Shown here in pieces: positions 25,306 to 34,541 of a stretch of 64,000 nucleotides of DNA (positions within the stretch are counted from its first letter, which is position 1; each line of letters opens with the position of its first letter). Where the stretch lies: positions 235,256 through 299,255 of the forward strand of contig JAHCHO010000003.1 in assembly GCA_026129685.1 (NCBI GenBank). The letters are read 5' to 3'. The stretch comes from Fimbriimonadaceae bacterium (GTDB taxonomy: Bacteria > Armatimonadota > Fimbriimonadia > Fimbriimonadales > Fimbriimonadaceae). The notes beneath the pieces were generated by a model. It did no database searches and was not told where the DNA came from. It saw nothing but the letters and a program-made list of their open reading frames with translations. Both the position numbers and the translations under genes were made by a program.

Positions 25306-26110
25306 GCCGCCCATCGCCCTCGACGGCCTCATGTGGGCCATCGCCGAATCGCAGGACCGCCAAGGTCTGGCCGAGTTCCTGGCCAAGTACCCCGAGCACC
25401 GGGCCGAGATGGGTAAGCGGTTCGCAATGGTGGCTTCCCTGAAGGGTTCCAGTCCCTTGCGCGAGCACGTCCCCGTCGTCCCGCCCTTCCGCCGGCGCGA
25501 GATGGGTCCCACCCTCTCCCAACGCCGCCTCGTCGCCGCCGTAGCCGTCGCGGGCGTGTTCGCCCTCGGCTACGCCTCCTTCGAGGTCGCGCGCGTTCTC
25601 GCCAAACCCGCCGACGTTGTCCGCGTCGATCCCGTGCCGACCGAACCGCCCCCGAGTCCGACCCCGAACGTCGTCTACGTTCCCCCCAAGAACGTGGCGC
25701 CCGACCCCCACGGCGCGGGTCCCCTCCCCGGCGGGACGGCCGCGAGCCCCGACATCCGCTCGATCGACCTCGCCGACGTGCGCCTCCTCGACGCCGTGCG
25801 CCTGATCGCCGACGCCACCGGCTACGACGTGGAGATCGCCCCCGGGTTCCGCAACGTCCGCCTTCTGAAGGTGGCCTACACCGGGGTCACCGGCCTCGCC
25901 ATGCTCCGGGACCTCGGTTCGCGCGTGGGCTTTACCGTGTTCGAACAGGAACGGCGGAAACTGCTCCTCGTTCCCGCCCGGGACCCGAACGCCACCGAGC
26001 CCGCCCCCGTCGGCGATGTGGTCACCGAAAAAGAGAACGCCACCGGCGACTCGGCCAAGCCGAAGTCGCCCGTGGCGGACGGCGATCCGCCCCTGAAGGA
26101 GCGGACCTGA
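25295..26110 (+). CDS. putative single-pass anti-sigma factor with an STN/secretin-N-like C-terminal module
   Basis: It overlaps the sigma gene by 11 nt. TM helix 'LVAAVAVAGVFALGYASF', a Pro-rich linker, then 'IDLADVRLLDAVRLIADATGYDVEIAPGF ... VTGLAMLRDLGSRVGFTVFEQ'. Confidence 0.5.
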   Translation: MNPKPPIALDGLMWAIAESQDRQGLAEFLAKYPEHRAEMGKRFAMVASLKGSSPLREHVPVVPPFRRREMGPTLSQRRLVAAVAVAGVFALGYASFEVARVLAKPADVVRVDPVPTEPPPSPTPNVVYVPPKNVAPDPHGAGPLPGGTAASPDIRSIDLADVRLLDAVRLIADATGYDVEIAPGFRNVRLLKVAYTGVTGLAMLRDLGSRVGFTVFEQERRKLLLVPARDPNATEPAPVGDVVTEKENATGDSAKPKSPVADGDPPLKERT

Positions 26111-26117
26111 GCGCGCC

Positions 26118-27281
26118 TTAGCGGCGGCGGCGCGTCGATCGGAAGACGCGAGGATGGCTCGGCGCCGGCCGGGACATCGGCGAGCGAGGCGAGAGCGGCA
26201 ACGTCGAGGCCAGCAGCTTTTCGATGTCGCGCACGTCGCCGTGCTGCTCCGGCGTCGAGAGGGTGATCGCCCGACCCGAAGCGCCCGCCCGGCCCGTCCG
26301 GCCGATCCGGTGAACGTAGTCCTCCGGGTTCTCCGGAACGTCGTAGTTGATCACCACCGTGATCTCCTTGACGTCGATGCCGCGAGCGGCAATGTCGGTG
26401 GCGACCAGCACCCGGTACTCGCCGGTCTTGAAACCGTGAAGAGCGTCCCGCCGCTGGGCGAGGGTGCGATCCGAGTGCAGTTCGGCGGCGGAGTGGCCGA
26501 AGCCCCGCACCGCGCGCGCCAGCTTCCGCGCCCCGTGGCGCGTCCGGGCGAAGACGAGGACGGTGCCGCTGTGCTCGTCCAGCAGGTCGCCGAGCATCGC
26601 CGGCTTGTCCTCCTGGCTGAGCACGAGCAGTTCCTGCTCGATCAAATCGGGAGACGATCCCGCCCGAGCGACCTCGACCCACTCCGGATCGCGCAGGTAA
26701 CGAGCCGCCAACTGGGCGATGTCGTCCGGCATTGTGGCCGAAAAGAGCATCGTTTGCCGGTCCGTCGGGGTCTGGTCCAGAATTCGCGCGATGGCGGGGG
26801 CGAAGCCCATGTCGAGCATGCGGTCCGCCTCGTCGAGCACGACGATCGAGACGCGCCGAAGATCGCACGAACGGCGGTTGAGATGGTCCTCGAGCCGTCC
26901 GGGGGTCGCGACGATGACGCTCGGCCGGTTCTGCAGTTGCCGAATCTGGCGCTCCATCGGCGCCCCGCCGATCAGCAGAGCGCTCTTGAGGCCGAGGCTG
27001 AACAGGGTCTCCTGAATCTGGAGGGCGAGTTCCCGCGTCGGCGCCAGCACGAGACCGACCTGGCCGGGGGCCAGTCGCTCGAGCATCGGAAGCCCGAAGG
27101 CGAGGGTCTTGCCCGTGCCCGTCTGGGCCAGGCCGATGAGATCGCGCCCGCGCATCGCGAACGGAATCGCTTCGCTCTGGATGGGGGTTGGGGTGACGAA
27201 ACCGAGGCGATCGAGGGTTCGAACGGTGCTCGGCGTAAGGGCGAGGGCGCGAAAGCCCTCCTGGTTGTGCGTGTCGGACAT
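26118..27281 (-). CDS. DEAD-box ATP-dependent RNA helicase
   Basis: ATG at 27281. Q-motif 'GFVTPTPIQ', 'AQTGTGKT', 'DEAD', 'SAT' and 'HRIGRTGRAG'. The C-terminal tail is basic. Confidence 0.92.
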   Translation of the reverse strand: MSDTHNQEGFRALALTPSTVRTLDRLGFVTPTPIQSEAIPFAMRGRDLIGLAQTGTGKTLAFGLPMLERLAPGQVGLVLAPTRELALQIQETLFSLGLKSALLIGGAPMERQIRQLQNRPSVIVATPGRLEDHLNRRSCDLRRVSIVVLDEADRMLDMGFAPAIARILDQTPTDRQTMLFSATMPDDIAQLAARYLRDPEWVEVARAGSSPDLIEQELLVLSQEDKPAMLGDLLDEHSGTVLVFARTRHGARKLARAVRGFGHSAAELHSDRTLAQRRDALHGFKTGEYRVLVATDIAARGIDVKEITVVINYDVPENPEDYVHRIGRTGRAGASGRAITLSTPEQHGDVRDIEKLLASTLPLSPRSPMSRPAPSHPRVFRSTRRRR

Positions 27282-27419
27282 AAAAAGAGCCCGAGCCAAA
27301 CCGAGTGGCTCGAGCGCAAAGAGTATGGCACATTCCCGCGATCCCTCGCGGGCGAGACCCCCTGGGCCACCGGACCCAGCCCGCAGGGAACCCGATCGAC
27401 CTCGCCGAACCCCGCTCCC

Positions 27420-28475
27420 ATGTGGAAAGTGGACTGGGACCTCGCCCGCGACCGCTTCGTCGCCTGGTGGTCCGGCACGGGTTGTGCCCTGCACGTCACC
27501 GCGATCAAAGACGAGCCGTGGGACGACGTTCCCGAGCCGGCACCACCCGCGACCCTCGAGCAGCGTTGGCTGGAGCCGGCGCACCGCCTCGCCGTCGCCG
27601 AGGACTGGATGTCCCGCACCTACTACGGCGGCACGGCTTTTCCCTATTTCGACACCGAGATTGGCCCCGGTTCGCTCGGCCTGCTCCTCGGAGGCATCGG
27701 GCGTCTCGCTCCCACGACCGTCTGGTACGAGCCGACGATCCATGACCCTGACCTCGACGAGCCCCTCCGACTCGACCGAAGCGGAGAGTGGTGGAAACGC
27801 CACTGGGACCTCATCGAACTCGGCATGGCCCGCGCGAACGGGCGTTACCTCGTCGGCGTCCCCGACCTCATCGAGAACGTGGACACCCTCGCCCAGCTCC
27901 GCGACCCCCAGACCTTGCTGATGGACCTGGTGGAGCGTCCGGACTGGGTCGAGCGGCGGTTGGACGAGATCAACCAAGCCTTCTTCGAGGTGATGGGGGA
28001 GATGTACCAAGCCGTCCGGGACCCCTGGGACGGCCAAGCCTTCGCCGCCTTCCAGATCTGGGGGCCCGGCAAGACCGCCAAAGTCCAGTGCGACGCCGCC
28101 GCGATGATCTCCCCGGCGATGTTCGACCGGTTCGTCGTCCCTCGCCTCGCGGAGCAATGCGCCTGGCTCGACTACAGCATGTTCCACCTGGACGGCACCC
28201 AGGCGTTCCCGCATCTTGACTCGCTTCTCGCCATCCCCGACCTGAAGGCGATCGAATGGACCCCCCAAACGGGCCTGCCCACCGGCGGCGACCCTTGCTG
28301 GTACGACCTCTACCGCCGAATCAAAGCGGGCGGCAAAGCCGTCCAGGCCATCGGTGTGCGCTCCGAAGAAGTCCTCCCCCTCCTTGACGCGGTCGGCCCC
28401 GAAGGAATGTTCGTTATGACGTGGGCCGAATCCGAGGCCGAGGCCCGCGACCTCGTCCGCCGGGTCTACGGTTGA
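27420..28475 (+). CDS. hypothetical protein, URO-D-like TIM-barrel family (tentative)
   Basis: 351 aa from the ATG at 27420 inside the long 26154-28475 ORF. 'ISPAMFDRFVVPRLAEQCAWLDYSMFHLDG ... LKAIEW' resembles the C-terminal half of URO-D-like enzymes. Confidence 0.6.
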   Translation: MWKVDWDLARDRFVAWWSGTGCALHVTAIKDEPWDDVPEPAPPATLEQRWLEPAHRLAVAEDWMSRTYYGGTAFPYFDTEIGPGSLGLLLGGIGRLAPTTVWYEPTIHDPDLDEPLRLDRSGEWWKRHWDLIELGMARANGRYLVGVPDLIENVDTLAQLRDPQTLLMDLVERPDWVERRLDEINQAFFEVMGEMYQAVRDPWDGQAFAAFQIWGPGKTAKVQCDAAAMISPAMFDRFVVPRLAEQCAWLDYSMFHLDGTQAFPHLDSLLAIPDLKAIEWTPQTGLPTGGDPCWYDLYRRIKAGGKAVQAIGVRSEEVLPLLDAVGPEGMFVMTWAESEAEARDLVRRVYG

Positions 28476-28530
28476 GGATCGGGTACAAAGCGGGAGCGGA
28501 CCGACGACGCTCCGGCTCCGAGCGTCCCCC

Positions 28531-29511
28531 ATGAACCGAGTCGACGTCACCGTGATCGGCGGAGGCCCCGTCGGCCTCTTCGCCGCCTTCTACGCCGGAT
28601 TGCGCGGCATGTCCGTCCGCATCGTGGACAGCCTCCCGGAACTCGGCGGCCAGTTGACCGCCCTCTACCCGGAGAAGTACGTCTACGACATGCCCGGGTT
28701 CCCCAAGGTCCTCGCCCGCGACCTCGCCCGCGACATGATCGAGCAGGGCACCCAGTTCGGCCCCGAGACGGTCCTGGGCGACACCGCCACCGCCCTCACC
28801 CAAGACGACGAGGGCTGGACCCTCGCCACCGCCAAAGGCGCCTCCTGCCCGACCCGCACCGTCATCATTGCCGCCGGCGTCGGCGCGTTCCAGCCGACCA
28901 AGATCGGAGTCGCGCGCGAGGACGAGTTCGTGGACCGAGGGGTCTACTATGGCGTGCGCCACCGCGACCTGTTCGCGGGCAAGAACCTCATCGTCGTCGG
29001 CGGAGGGGACAGTGCGATGGACTGGTGCCTGAGCCTTGAGCCGATCGCGCGCTCCGTCACCCTCGTCCACCGTCGCGACCAGTTCCGCGCCCACGAGGAC
29101 ACCGTGGAAAAGGTCAAGCGCAGTTCCGTCGCCATGCGCCTCTGGTGCGAGGTCAAGGAACTCCTGGGCGAGAACTCGATCACCGGCGTGGTCGTCGAGA
29201 ACAACCAGACCAACGAGCGCGAGACCCTCCCCGCCGACGCGGTGGTCGTCAACATCGGCTTCAAGTCATCCCTCGGCCCGATGCTCCAGTGGGGCCTCGA
29301 GATCGTCAAGAACCAGATCGTTACCGACGCCCTCTATCGCACCAATCTGCCGGGCGTGTTCGCCGTCGGTGACGTCTGCTCCTTCGACGGCAAGTTGAAG
29401 CTGATCGCCACCGGGGTCGGCGAAGCCGCGACCGCCGTGTGCCTCGCCAAGACCCTCCTTGACCCCGCCGCCAAGATGTTCCCTGGCCACAGTTCGGACC
29501 GCGACCATTGA
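28531..29511 (+). CDS. ferredoxin-NADP(+) reductase, thioredoxin-reductase-like type (YumC-like)
   Basis: 'VTVIGGGPVGLFAAFYAGLRGMS', 'GGQLTALYPEKYVYDMPGFP' and 'VVGGGDSAMDW'. Confidence 0.9.
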   Translation: MNRVDVTVIGGGPVGLFAAFYAGLRGMSVRIVDSLPELGGQLTALYPEKYVYDMPGFPKVLARDLARDMIEQGTQFGPETVLGDTATALTQDDEGWTLATAKGASCPTRTVIIAAGVGAFQPTKIGVAREDEFVDRGVYYGVRHRDLFAGKNLIVVGGGDSAMDWCLSLEPIARSVTLVHRRDQFRAHEDTVEKVKRSSVAMRLWCEVKELLGENSITGVVVENNQTNERETLPADAVVVNIGFKSSLGPMLQWGLEIVKNQIVTDALYRTNLPGVFAVGDVCSFDGKLKLIATGVGEAATAVCLAKTLLDPAAKMFPGHSSDRDH

Positions 29512-29719
29512 CCGCCCGATCGTCACTAGAGCAAAGGACCCAAATCGGCGACCCGCACCCGGTCCATCAAAACCACGCGATCCCCGGTCCCAGACTGAAC
29601 TCAAATACTCCACGAAACCGTCAGGATTCGTAAATCCACGATTTCGTCAAGAATCGGCGGGACTCCGCAGAATCGTCAAACCGGACAAATCTGGGTCGGA
29701 TTAACTTCGGATCCAGGCC

Positions 29720-30553
29720 ATGATCAACGCACACCCACGGCGGGACCGACGAACCGCCTTCACCCTGATCGAACTCCTCGTCGTGATCGCCATCATCGCG
29801 ATCCTCGCCGCCATCCTTTTCCCCGTTTTCGCCCAGGCCAAGATCGCCGCCAAGAAGACCTCGAGCTTGAGCAACATGCGCCAGGTCGGCACGGCCATGC
29901 TCATGTATCTCGGGGACTACGACGACGTCACCCCCGCGCTGTACTACTACGACGCCAACAACCTCGCGATCCCCTCGACCCAAGGCTTCTACTACTGGCC
30001 CGTCCTGCTGCTCCCCTACACCAAGAGCGAGAGCATCTTCCTCTGCCCCGCCGACACCGCCGACGACCCGGTCCTTGCCGACTCCCAGGGCCGGGGCCGT
30101 TTTGATCCCGCCAACGAACTCCACTACTACCTGATGGGCGCGAACCCGAGTTACGGCTACAACTACCGCTACCTCAACACGCAGATCATGAGCCTTGACC
30201 CGAACGGGTCGAACCCCACCCCGTTCTACTACGTCGGCAAGGCCGCCACCAGCCTCGAGAGCACGACCCGAACCGTGTTTATGGGGGAGGCGACGATGAA
30301 GGACAAAGCCCGCCCCGGGGGCGGAACCATCACCACGACTATCGGCTACTCGCGCATCGAGCCGCCGTCACGCTGGGTCGGGACCCTGCCGGACGCTCGC
30401 GCCATCGGCCAGCTCTGGCCCCGCTTCAGCAAGGACGTCGTGAACGTGCTTTGGCTCGACGGCCACGTCAAGTCCACCGGCCTCAAAGCCCTCAAAGTGG
30501 ACGATCCCGACCCCGCCATCATGGATCGCTTCTGGAACGGAACCGGCAACTGA
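29720..30553 (+). CDS. prepilin-type N-terminal cleavage/methylation domain protein with DUF1559 (H-X9-DG) body
   Basis: 'AFTLIELLVVIAIIAILAAILFPVFAQAK' and a C-terminal 'VNVLWLDGHVKS'. Confidence 0.85.
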   Translation: MINAHPRRDRRTAFTLIELLVVIAIIAILAAILFPVFAQAKIAAKKTSSLSNMRQVGTAMLMYLGDYDDVTPALYYYDANNLAIPSTQGFYYWPVLLLPYTKSESIFLCPADTADDPVLADSQGRGRFDPANELHYYLMGANPSYGYNYRYLNTQIMSLDPNGSNPTPFYYVGKAATSLESTTRTVFMGEATMKDKARPGGGTITTTIGYSRIEPPSRWVGTLPDARAIGQLWPRFSKDVVNVLWLDGHVKSTGLKALKVDDPDPAIMDRFWNGTGN

Positions 30554-30574
30554 GCCCGCACCGTGATCTTCTCC

Positions 30575-30602
30575 GTGGGCCGCCCAAACTTGGGCGGCCC
30601 AC
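30575..30602 (+). terminator. GC-rich palindromic hairpin after the pseudopilin gene
   Basis: GTGGGCCGCCCAA-AC-TTGGGCGGCCCAC is a 28-nt near-perfect palindrome. There is no U-tract. Confidence 0.4.
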
Positions 30603-30650
30603 GTCCCGATGGCCCCGTCGGAAACCGCCCGCAACGGCTAGACTGGCGGC

Positions 30651-32627
30651 ATGATCGACGCCCTGCTCGCCATCGCCGTCGCTTCCGCCGCCCCGGTCGA
30701 TTGGTTCGGACCCGCGACCGTCGAGTTCCGCCTCGAGACCAAGGGCAACCCCTTCGATCCCGCCGAGAACGACGTCCGCGTCCGGTTCGCGGGTCCCAAC
30801 GGCGCCGTCGAAAACCGGATGGCGTTCTACGATGGCGAGGGACGCTGGAAGGCCGTCTTGGTCGCCAACCGGAAGGGGCGCTACGTCCCCTCCGTTCAGG
30901 TCAACGGCCATCCCGCCGACGTGCGCCCGGCGGCCCTCGACCTCGCCGAAAGGTTGCCCCTGGGCTTCGTCCGACGCCATCCCGACCACGTGAACCGCTT
31001 TCGCTACGACGACGGGTCCCCCTACTGGCCGGTCGGCCACAACCTCGGCTGGCAAGGACCTGGTACCTCGATGGCCGACCAGATCGCGATGATCGGCAAG
31101 AACGGCGGCAACTGGACCCGGATCTGGGCATGCCATTGGGACGGCAAGAACCCCTGGTGGCCGCAGGACGACGCCCACGCCGACCTCTCCCAGCTTTGGT
31201 TCCCCGCGATCCACAAGTGGGACGCTCTCGTCGCCGCCTGCGAGAAGGCGCGCGTTCCCATGCAGCTCGTCCTCTTCCACCACGGCGCCTTCAGTTCGAC
31301 GGTGAACGCGAACTGGCCCGACCACCCCTGGAATGCCAAGAACGGGGGCTTCCTGAAGTCGGCCACCGAGTTCTTCACCGATGCCGAAGCGAAGCGCCGC
31401 GCCAAGATGTGGCTCCGCTACGCGGTCGCCCGCTGGGGCCACTCCCCCGGCATCCTCGCTTGGGAGTTGTTCAACGAGGTCGAGTGGGTGGACGCCCGCT
31501 ACGCCAACAAGTGGGACACGATCGCGGACTGGCACGCCGAGATGGCCCGTTACTTACGCTCCCTCGACCCCTATCGCCACCTGATCACCTCCAGTTCCGC
31601 GATGGATCAGAAGGCGCTATGGGCCGAAATGGACTACGGCCAGCCCCACACCTATCCGGTCAGCGTGACCAACGCCGTCGCGGGCGAGCCACCCCTTCCC
31701 GGCAAGCCCTTCTTCTTCGGCGAGTTCGGCGGCGGCGGCGGGAGCGACTTTGGTGCCAAGGAGCGCCTCGTCGTTCGCGACGGCCTCTATGCCAGCCTCC
31801 TCGCCAACCACGCCGGCGCCGCTCAGTACTGGTTCTGGGACCGGATGGAGCGCGCCAAGCTCTACCCCGAGTACGAACGCTTCGCCCGCGTCCTCTCGCT
31901 CGCCGACCCCTACGAGCACCCCGACGCGAAGCCCGTAGAACTCACCGTCGAAACCGCCCACCGGGCTCCTCTGATCGTCAGTCCCGGCCGAGGCTGGGCA
32001 CCGTCCGAGGTCTCGCGCCTCGACCTGCCCCAGGACGCCAACATCCAGAAGCTTGGCCGGCTTGCCGGCTACTTCCAGTACCACCGGGGCGGGAACGGCG
32101 CGATGTTCCCGGAACCCCTCACCGTGGCCTTCGAAGCGGCCAAGCCCGGCGAGGCCAAACTGCACGTCACCATGGTCGCCCGCCAGGGCGCCTCCCTCAA
32201 GGTCCGCCTCAACGGCAAGGAAGTCGCGACCAAGACCTTCGCGGGGGGCTCCGACGATCGCAACGTCAACGAGACCGTCGTCGTCGCCTTCCCGAAGGGC
32301 CGCAACGAACTCGTCTTCGAGAACTCCGGCCCCGACTGGTTCGTCTTCGATCGCATCGAGGTGGACGGACTCGCTCCCCAGGTCCGTGCGATGGCTTCCG
32401 GAGAGGACGAGTGGCTCGTCGCCCGCCTGCGCGGGCGGGCCGACGACGCCAAGATCCGACTCGCGAACCCACGGCTCAAGCCCGGCAACTACCTTACGTA
32501 TCTGGTGGACCTCGAGACCGGCAAGGAACGCAAGTTCTGGACCAAGCGAGCCAAGGCGGGCGATCCGATTCTCGTCGAGTCCACCGAAGCCGACGTCCTG
32601 CTGATCCTTCGCCGTGGCGAGGAGTAG
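30651..32627 (+). CDS. secreted glycoside hydrolase (DUF5060 N-domain + GH5-like catalytic barrel)
   Basis: The N-terminus 'FRLETKGNPFDPAENDVRVRF' is DUF5060-like. 'ILAWELFNEVEW' carries the N-E acid/base motif of clan GH-A. The alternative frame 30563-32635 is Arg/Pro-rich junk. Confidence 0.7.
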   Translation: MIDALLAIAVASAAPVDWFGPATVEFRLETKGNPFDPAENDVRVRFAGPNGAVENRMAFYDGEGRWKAVLVANRKGRYVPSVQVNGHPADVRPAALDLAERLPLGFVRRHPDHVNRFRYDDGSPYWPVGHNLGWQGPGTSMADQIAMIGKNGGNWTRIWACHWDGKNPWWPQDDAHADLSQLWFPAIHKWDALVAACEKARVPMQLVLFHHGAFSSTVNANWPDHPWNAKNGGFLKSATEFFTDAEAKRRAKMWLRYAVARWGHSPGILAWELFNEVEWVDARYANKWDTIADWHAEMARYLRSLDPYRHLITSSSAMDQKALWAEMDYGQPHTYPVSVTNAVAGEPPLPGKPFFFGEFGGGGGSDFGAKERLVVRDGLYASLLANHAGAAQYWFWDRMERAKLYPEYERFARVLSLADPYEHPDAKPVELTVETAHRAPLIVSPGRGWAPSEVSRLDLPQDANIQKLGRLAGYFQYHRGGNGAMFPEPLTVAFEAAKPGEAKLHVTMVARQGASLKVRLNGKEVATKTFAGGSDDRNVNETVVVAFPKGRNELVFENSGPDWFVFDRIEVDGLAPQVRAMASGEDEWLVARLRGRADDAKIRLANPRLKPGNYLTYLVDLETGKERKFWTKRAKAGDPILVESTEADVLLILRRGEE

Positions 32628-32642
32628 TCGCATAATGCGGCT

Positions 32643-33380
32643 ATGAGCTGGCGCGTTGCTCTGATCGGAGGCACCGGGGTCGGCGCCCTCCTCCAGGCGG
32701 GGGCGACCACCGTCGTGCACGTTCCCACCCGGTACGGCCTTCTGCGCGCGCGCGTCCTTCCGATCGGCGACCACGAGGCCCTCCTCGTGAACCGGCACGG
32801 CGTCGGCCACCGCTTCCCACCTCATCGGGTGAACTACCATGCCATCGTGCAGGGCCTGAAGAACGTGGGGGTCGAGTACTGCTTCGCCAGCGCCGCCGTC
32901 GGCAGCCTCCGCGCCGACTGGCCTTCCCAGACCCTCGCCATCTGCGGCGACTTTCTGGACTTCTCCGGGCGTAACCCCACGCTCCACGACCGACGGGTCA
33001 AGCACGTGGATTTCACCCACCCCTTCGGTGCGAACGCCAACAAACTCCTCGTCACCGCCGCCAACGAACTCGACCTCGACCACCACCGGGGCGCCGTGTA
33101 CGTCTGCATGAACGGCCCCCGCTACGAGTCCCCCCACGAGGTCCGCGCCCTCCGCAAGGCCGGCGGAGACGTCGTCGGCATGACCGCCGCCACCGAGGCC
33201 ATCCTCTGCCGCGAAGCCGGCATCGAGTACGCCTGCGCCGCTTACGTCACCAATCTCGGCACCGGCCTCGCCGACCGCACCCTCACCCACGACGAGGTCA
33301 CCGAAGTGATGTCCCGGGGTGGTAAACGGCTCGAGAGGCTCCTCCGACGCGCCGCCGAACTCGCCCTCGCCGACGCATGA
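32643..33380 (+). CDS. mtnP: S-methyl-5'-thioadenosine phosphorylase family (PNP/MTAP) protein
   Basis: 'ALIGGTGV', 'LVNRHGVGHRFPPHRVNYHAIVQGLKNVGV', 'AAVGSL' and 'GPRYESPHEVRALRKAGGDVVGMTAATE'. Confidence 0.85.
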   Translation: MSWRVALIGGTGVGALLQAGATTVVHVPTRYGLLRARVLPIGDHEALLVNRHGVGHRFPPHRVNYHAIVQGLKNVGVEYCFASAAVGSLRADWPSQTLAICGDFLDFSGRNPTLHDRRVKHVDFTHPFGANANKLLVTAANELDLDHHRGAVYVCMNGPRYESPHEVRALRKAGGDVVGMTAATEAILCREAGIEYACAAYVTNLGTGLADRTLTHDEVTEVMSRGGKRLERLLRRAAELALADA

Positions 33381-34252
33381 GCCTGTCTCGCCGCAACCTC
33401 GCCGTCCTGCTCGCCCTCACGCCCGGCGTCGGGGGCAAGACCGTCGTGCGCGTTCTCGCCCGCAACGATCTGCTCTCCCGAACGCCCGACGACTTCCTTG
33501 CGCTCTCCGAGGAAACTCTGCGCGAGGAGTACCGCCTCAACGCCAAGGCCGCGCGCGCCCTCGCCGGCTCGACCCCCGCCTCCGTTCAGGAGATTCGCGA
33601 CACCGAACGCCGGATGGACGAACTGGGGGTGACCCTCGTCACCGCCGCCGACGCCCACTTCCCGTCCCGCATCGAGGCGATGGACCCCGACCCGCCCGGA
33701 ATCCTCTTCCTCTACGGCAACCGCCGACTCCTCGACGCGGCCACCTTCTGCGTCCTCAGCAGCCGAAACACTTCTCTCGCCGGCCTGGACGAGATCGAAC
33801 GCCTCGTCGAAGAAGGGGTTCTGCGCTCCGAAGTGCCCGTCTGCGGCCACGACACCCCCGAGTACCAACGCGCCGCCGTCGTCCCGCTGCGGTGGGGCGC
33901 CCCCCGGATTCTCGTCCTCGATCGCGGGCTGTTTCAGGCTCTCGGCCCCGACCTGCGCCAGGAGCCCTTCCGCGCCGCCCGCCTTTGGCGTTACGAGTTC
34001 GATCCCCGAACCGACCTTGTGGTCAGCCCCTTCCGACCCGGAGCACGTTTCGTCGGCATCAACAACAAGGTGAGGGACCGCCTGATCGCCTCCCTCTCCG
34101 ACCGGATCGATGGGGTCGAACTCAGCGACGGCGGCAACATGGAGGCCCTCGCCCGGCTCGCCCTCAAAGCCGGCCGTCCCGTGCGCGTCTGTGACCGCAG
34201 CCTCAACTACCGCGAACTCGCCCGCGCCGGCGCGGCTGTCCTAAAGAGCTGA
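33377..34252 (+). CDS. DprA/Smf-like (SLOG-fold) protein, divergent
   Basis: ATGA overlap with the MTAP gene. HhH-like 'LLALTPGVGGKTVVRVLAR', 'GVTLVTAADAHFPSRI', and 'INNKVRDRLIASLSD ... ALARLALKAGRPVRV' parallel DprA landmarks. The usual G-x-A-x-G-I-D motif is degenerate. Confidence 0.6.
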   Translation: MSLSRRNLAVLLALTPGVGGKTVVRVLARNDLLSRTPDDFLALSEETLREEYRLNAKAARALAGSTPASVQEIRDTERRMDELGVTLVTAADAHFPSRIEAMDPDPPGILFLYGNRRLLDAATFCVLSSRNTSLAGLDEIERLVEEGVLRSEVPVCGHDTPEYQRAAVVPLRWGAPRILVLDRGLFQALGPDLRQEPFRAARLWRYEFDPRTDLVVSPFRPGARFVGINNKVRDRLIASLSDRIDGVELSDGGNMEALARLALKAGRPVRVCDRSLNYRELARAGAAVLKS

Positions 34253-34487
34253 ACCGGACACCGTCCCTTACCGCGACGCTGCGCGCGATTTCGTCCGGTC
34301 CGCCTCGCCGGCCCGCTCCTCGACATCCCAGACGCTCGTCTGCTGCCGGCTTTCGCGGATACGCACCAAAAAGCGCCCCCTGACAGACGACAATCGGTCG
34401 CCTGAGAAAAATCAGAATTCACCCCCCTGCCCGTGAGCCGGTTCAACGATACCGCTTCGATGAGGATGGCGCCCCGGCCGCATCGTG

Positions 34488-34517
34488 GCCCGCGCGAATC
34501 CAGCGATTCGCGCGGGC
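34488..34517 (-). terminator. 13-bp perfect hairpin just downstream of the ice-binding-like gene
   Basis: GCCCGCGCGAATC-CAGC-GATTCGCGCGGGC lies 25 nt after the stop at 34542. There is no U-tract. Confidence 0.4.
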
Positions 34518-34541
34518 TCCGACCCCCCTTGACTACCGGCG

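Noticed and set aside
23304-25512. Several long ORFs on both strands across the CRISPR array (e.g. 23304-23720, 23871-24320, 23953-25512, 23969-24496, 23994-24275)
   Set aside because: Their 'proteins' are periodic translations of the 37-nt repeat (recurring PLRGEGGLQ / PPHPARGLK / SPRKGIET blocks). They are artefacts of the array, not genes.
21873-28475. Two URO-D-like genes on opposite strands bracketing the CRISPR, sigma/anti-sigma and helicase block, considered as inverted flanks of a mobile segment
   Set aside because: The two proteins share only a fold-level pattern. I could not see extended amino-acid or nucleotide identity, and there are no terminal repeats or recombinase genes.
27282-28550. 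Upstream 420 codons of the 810-aa ORF containing the DEAD-box helicase, and the mirror case of 26154-27419 upstream of the URO-D-like gene
   Set aside because: Each extension lies antisense to the other's well-supported coding region and has junk composition. Internal ATGs at 27281 and 27420 give proteins starting at the expected N-termini.
30563-32635. 690-aa ORF in an alternative frame over the glycoside hydrolase gene
   Set aside because: Its composition is extremely Arg/Pro-rich. The 30651-32627 frame has normal composition and GH5-like motifs.
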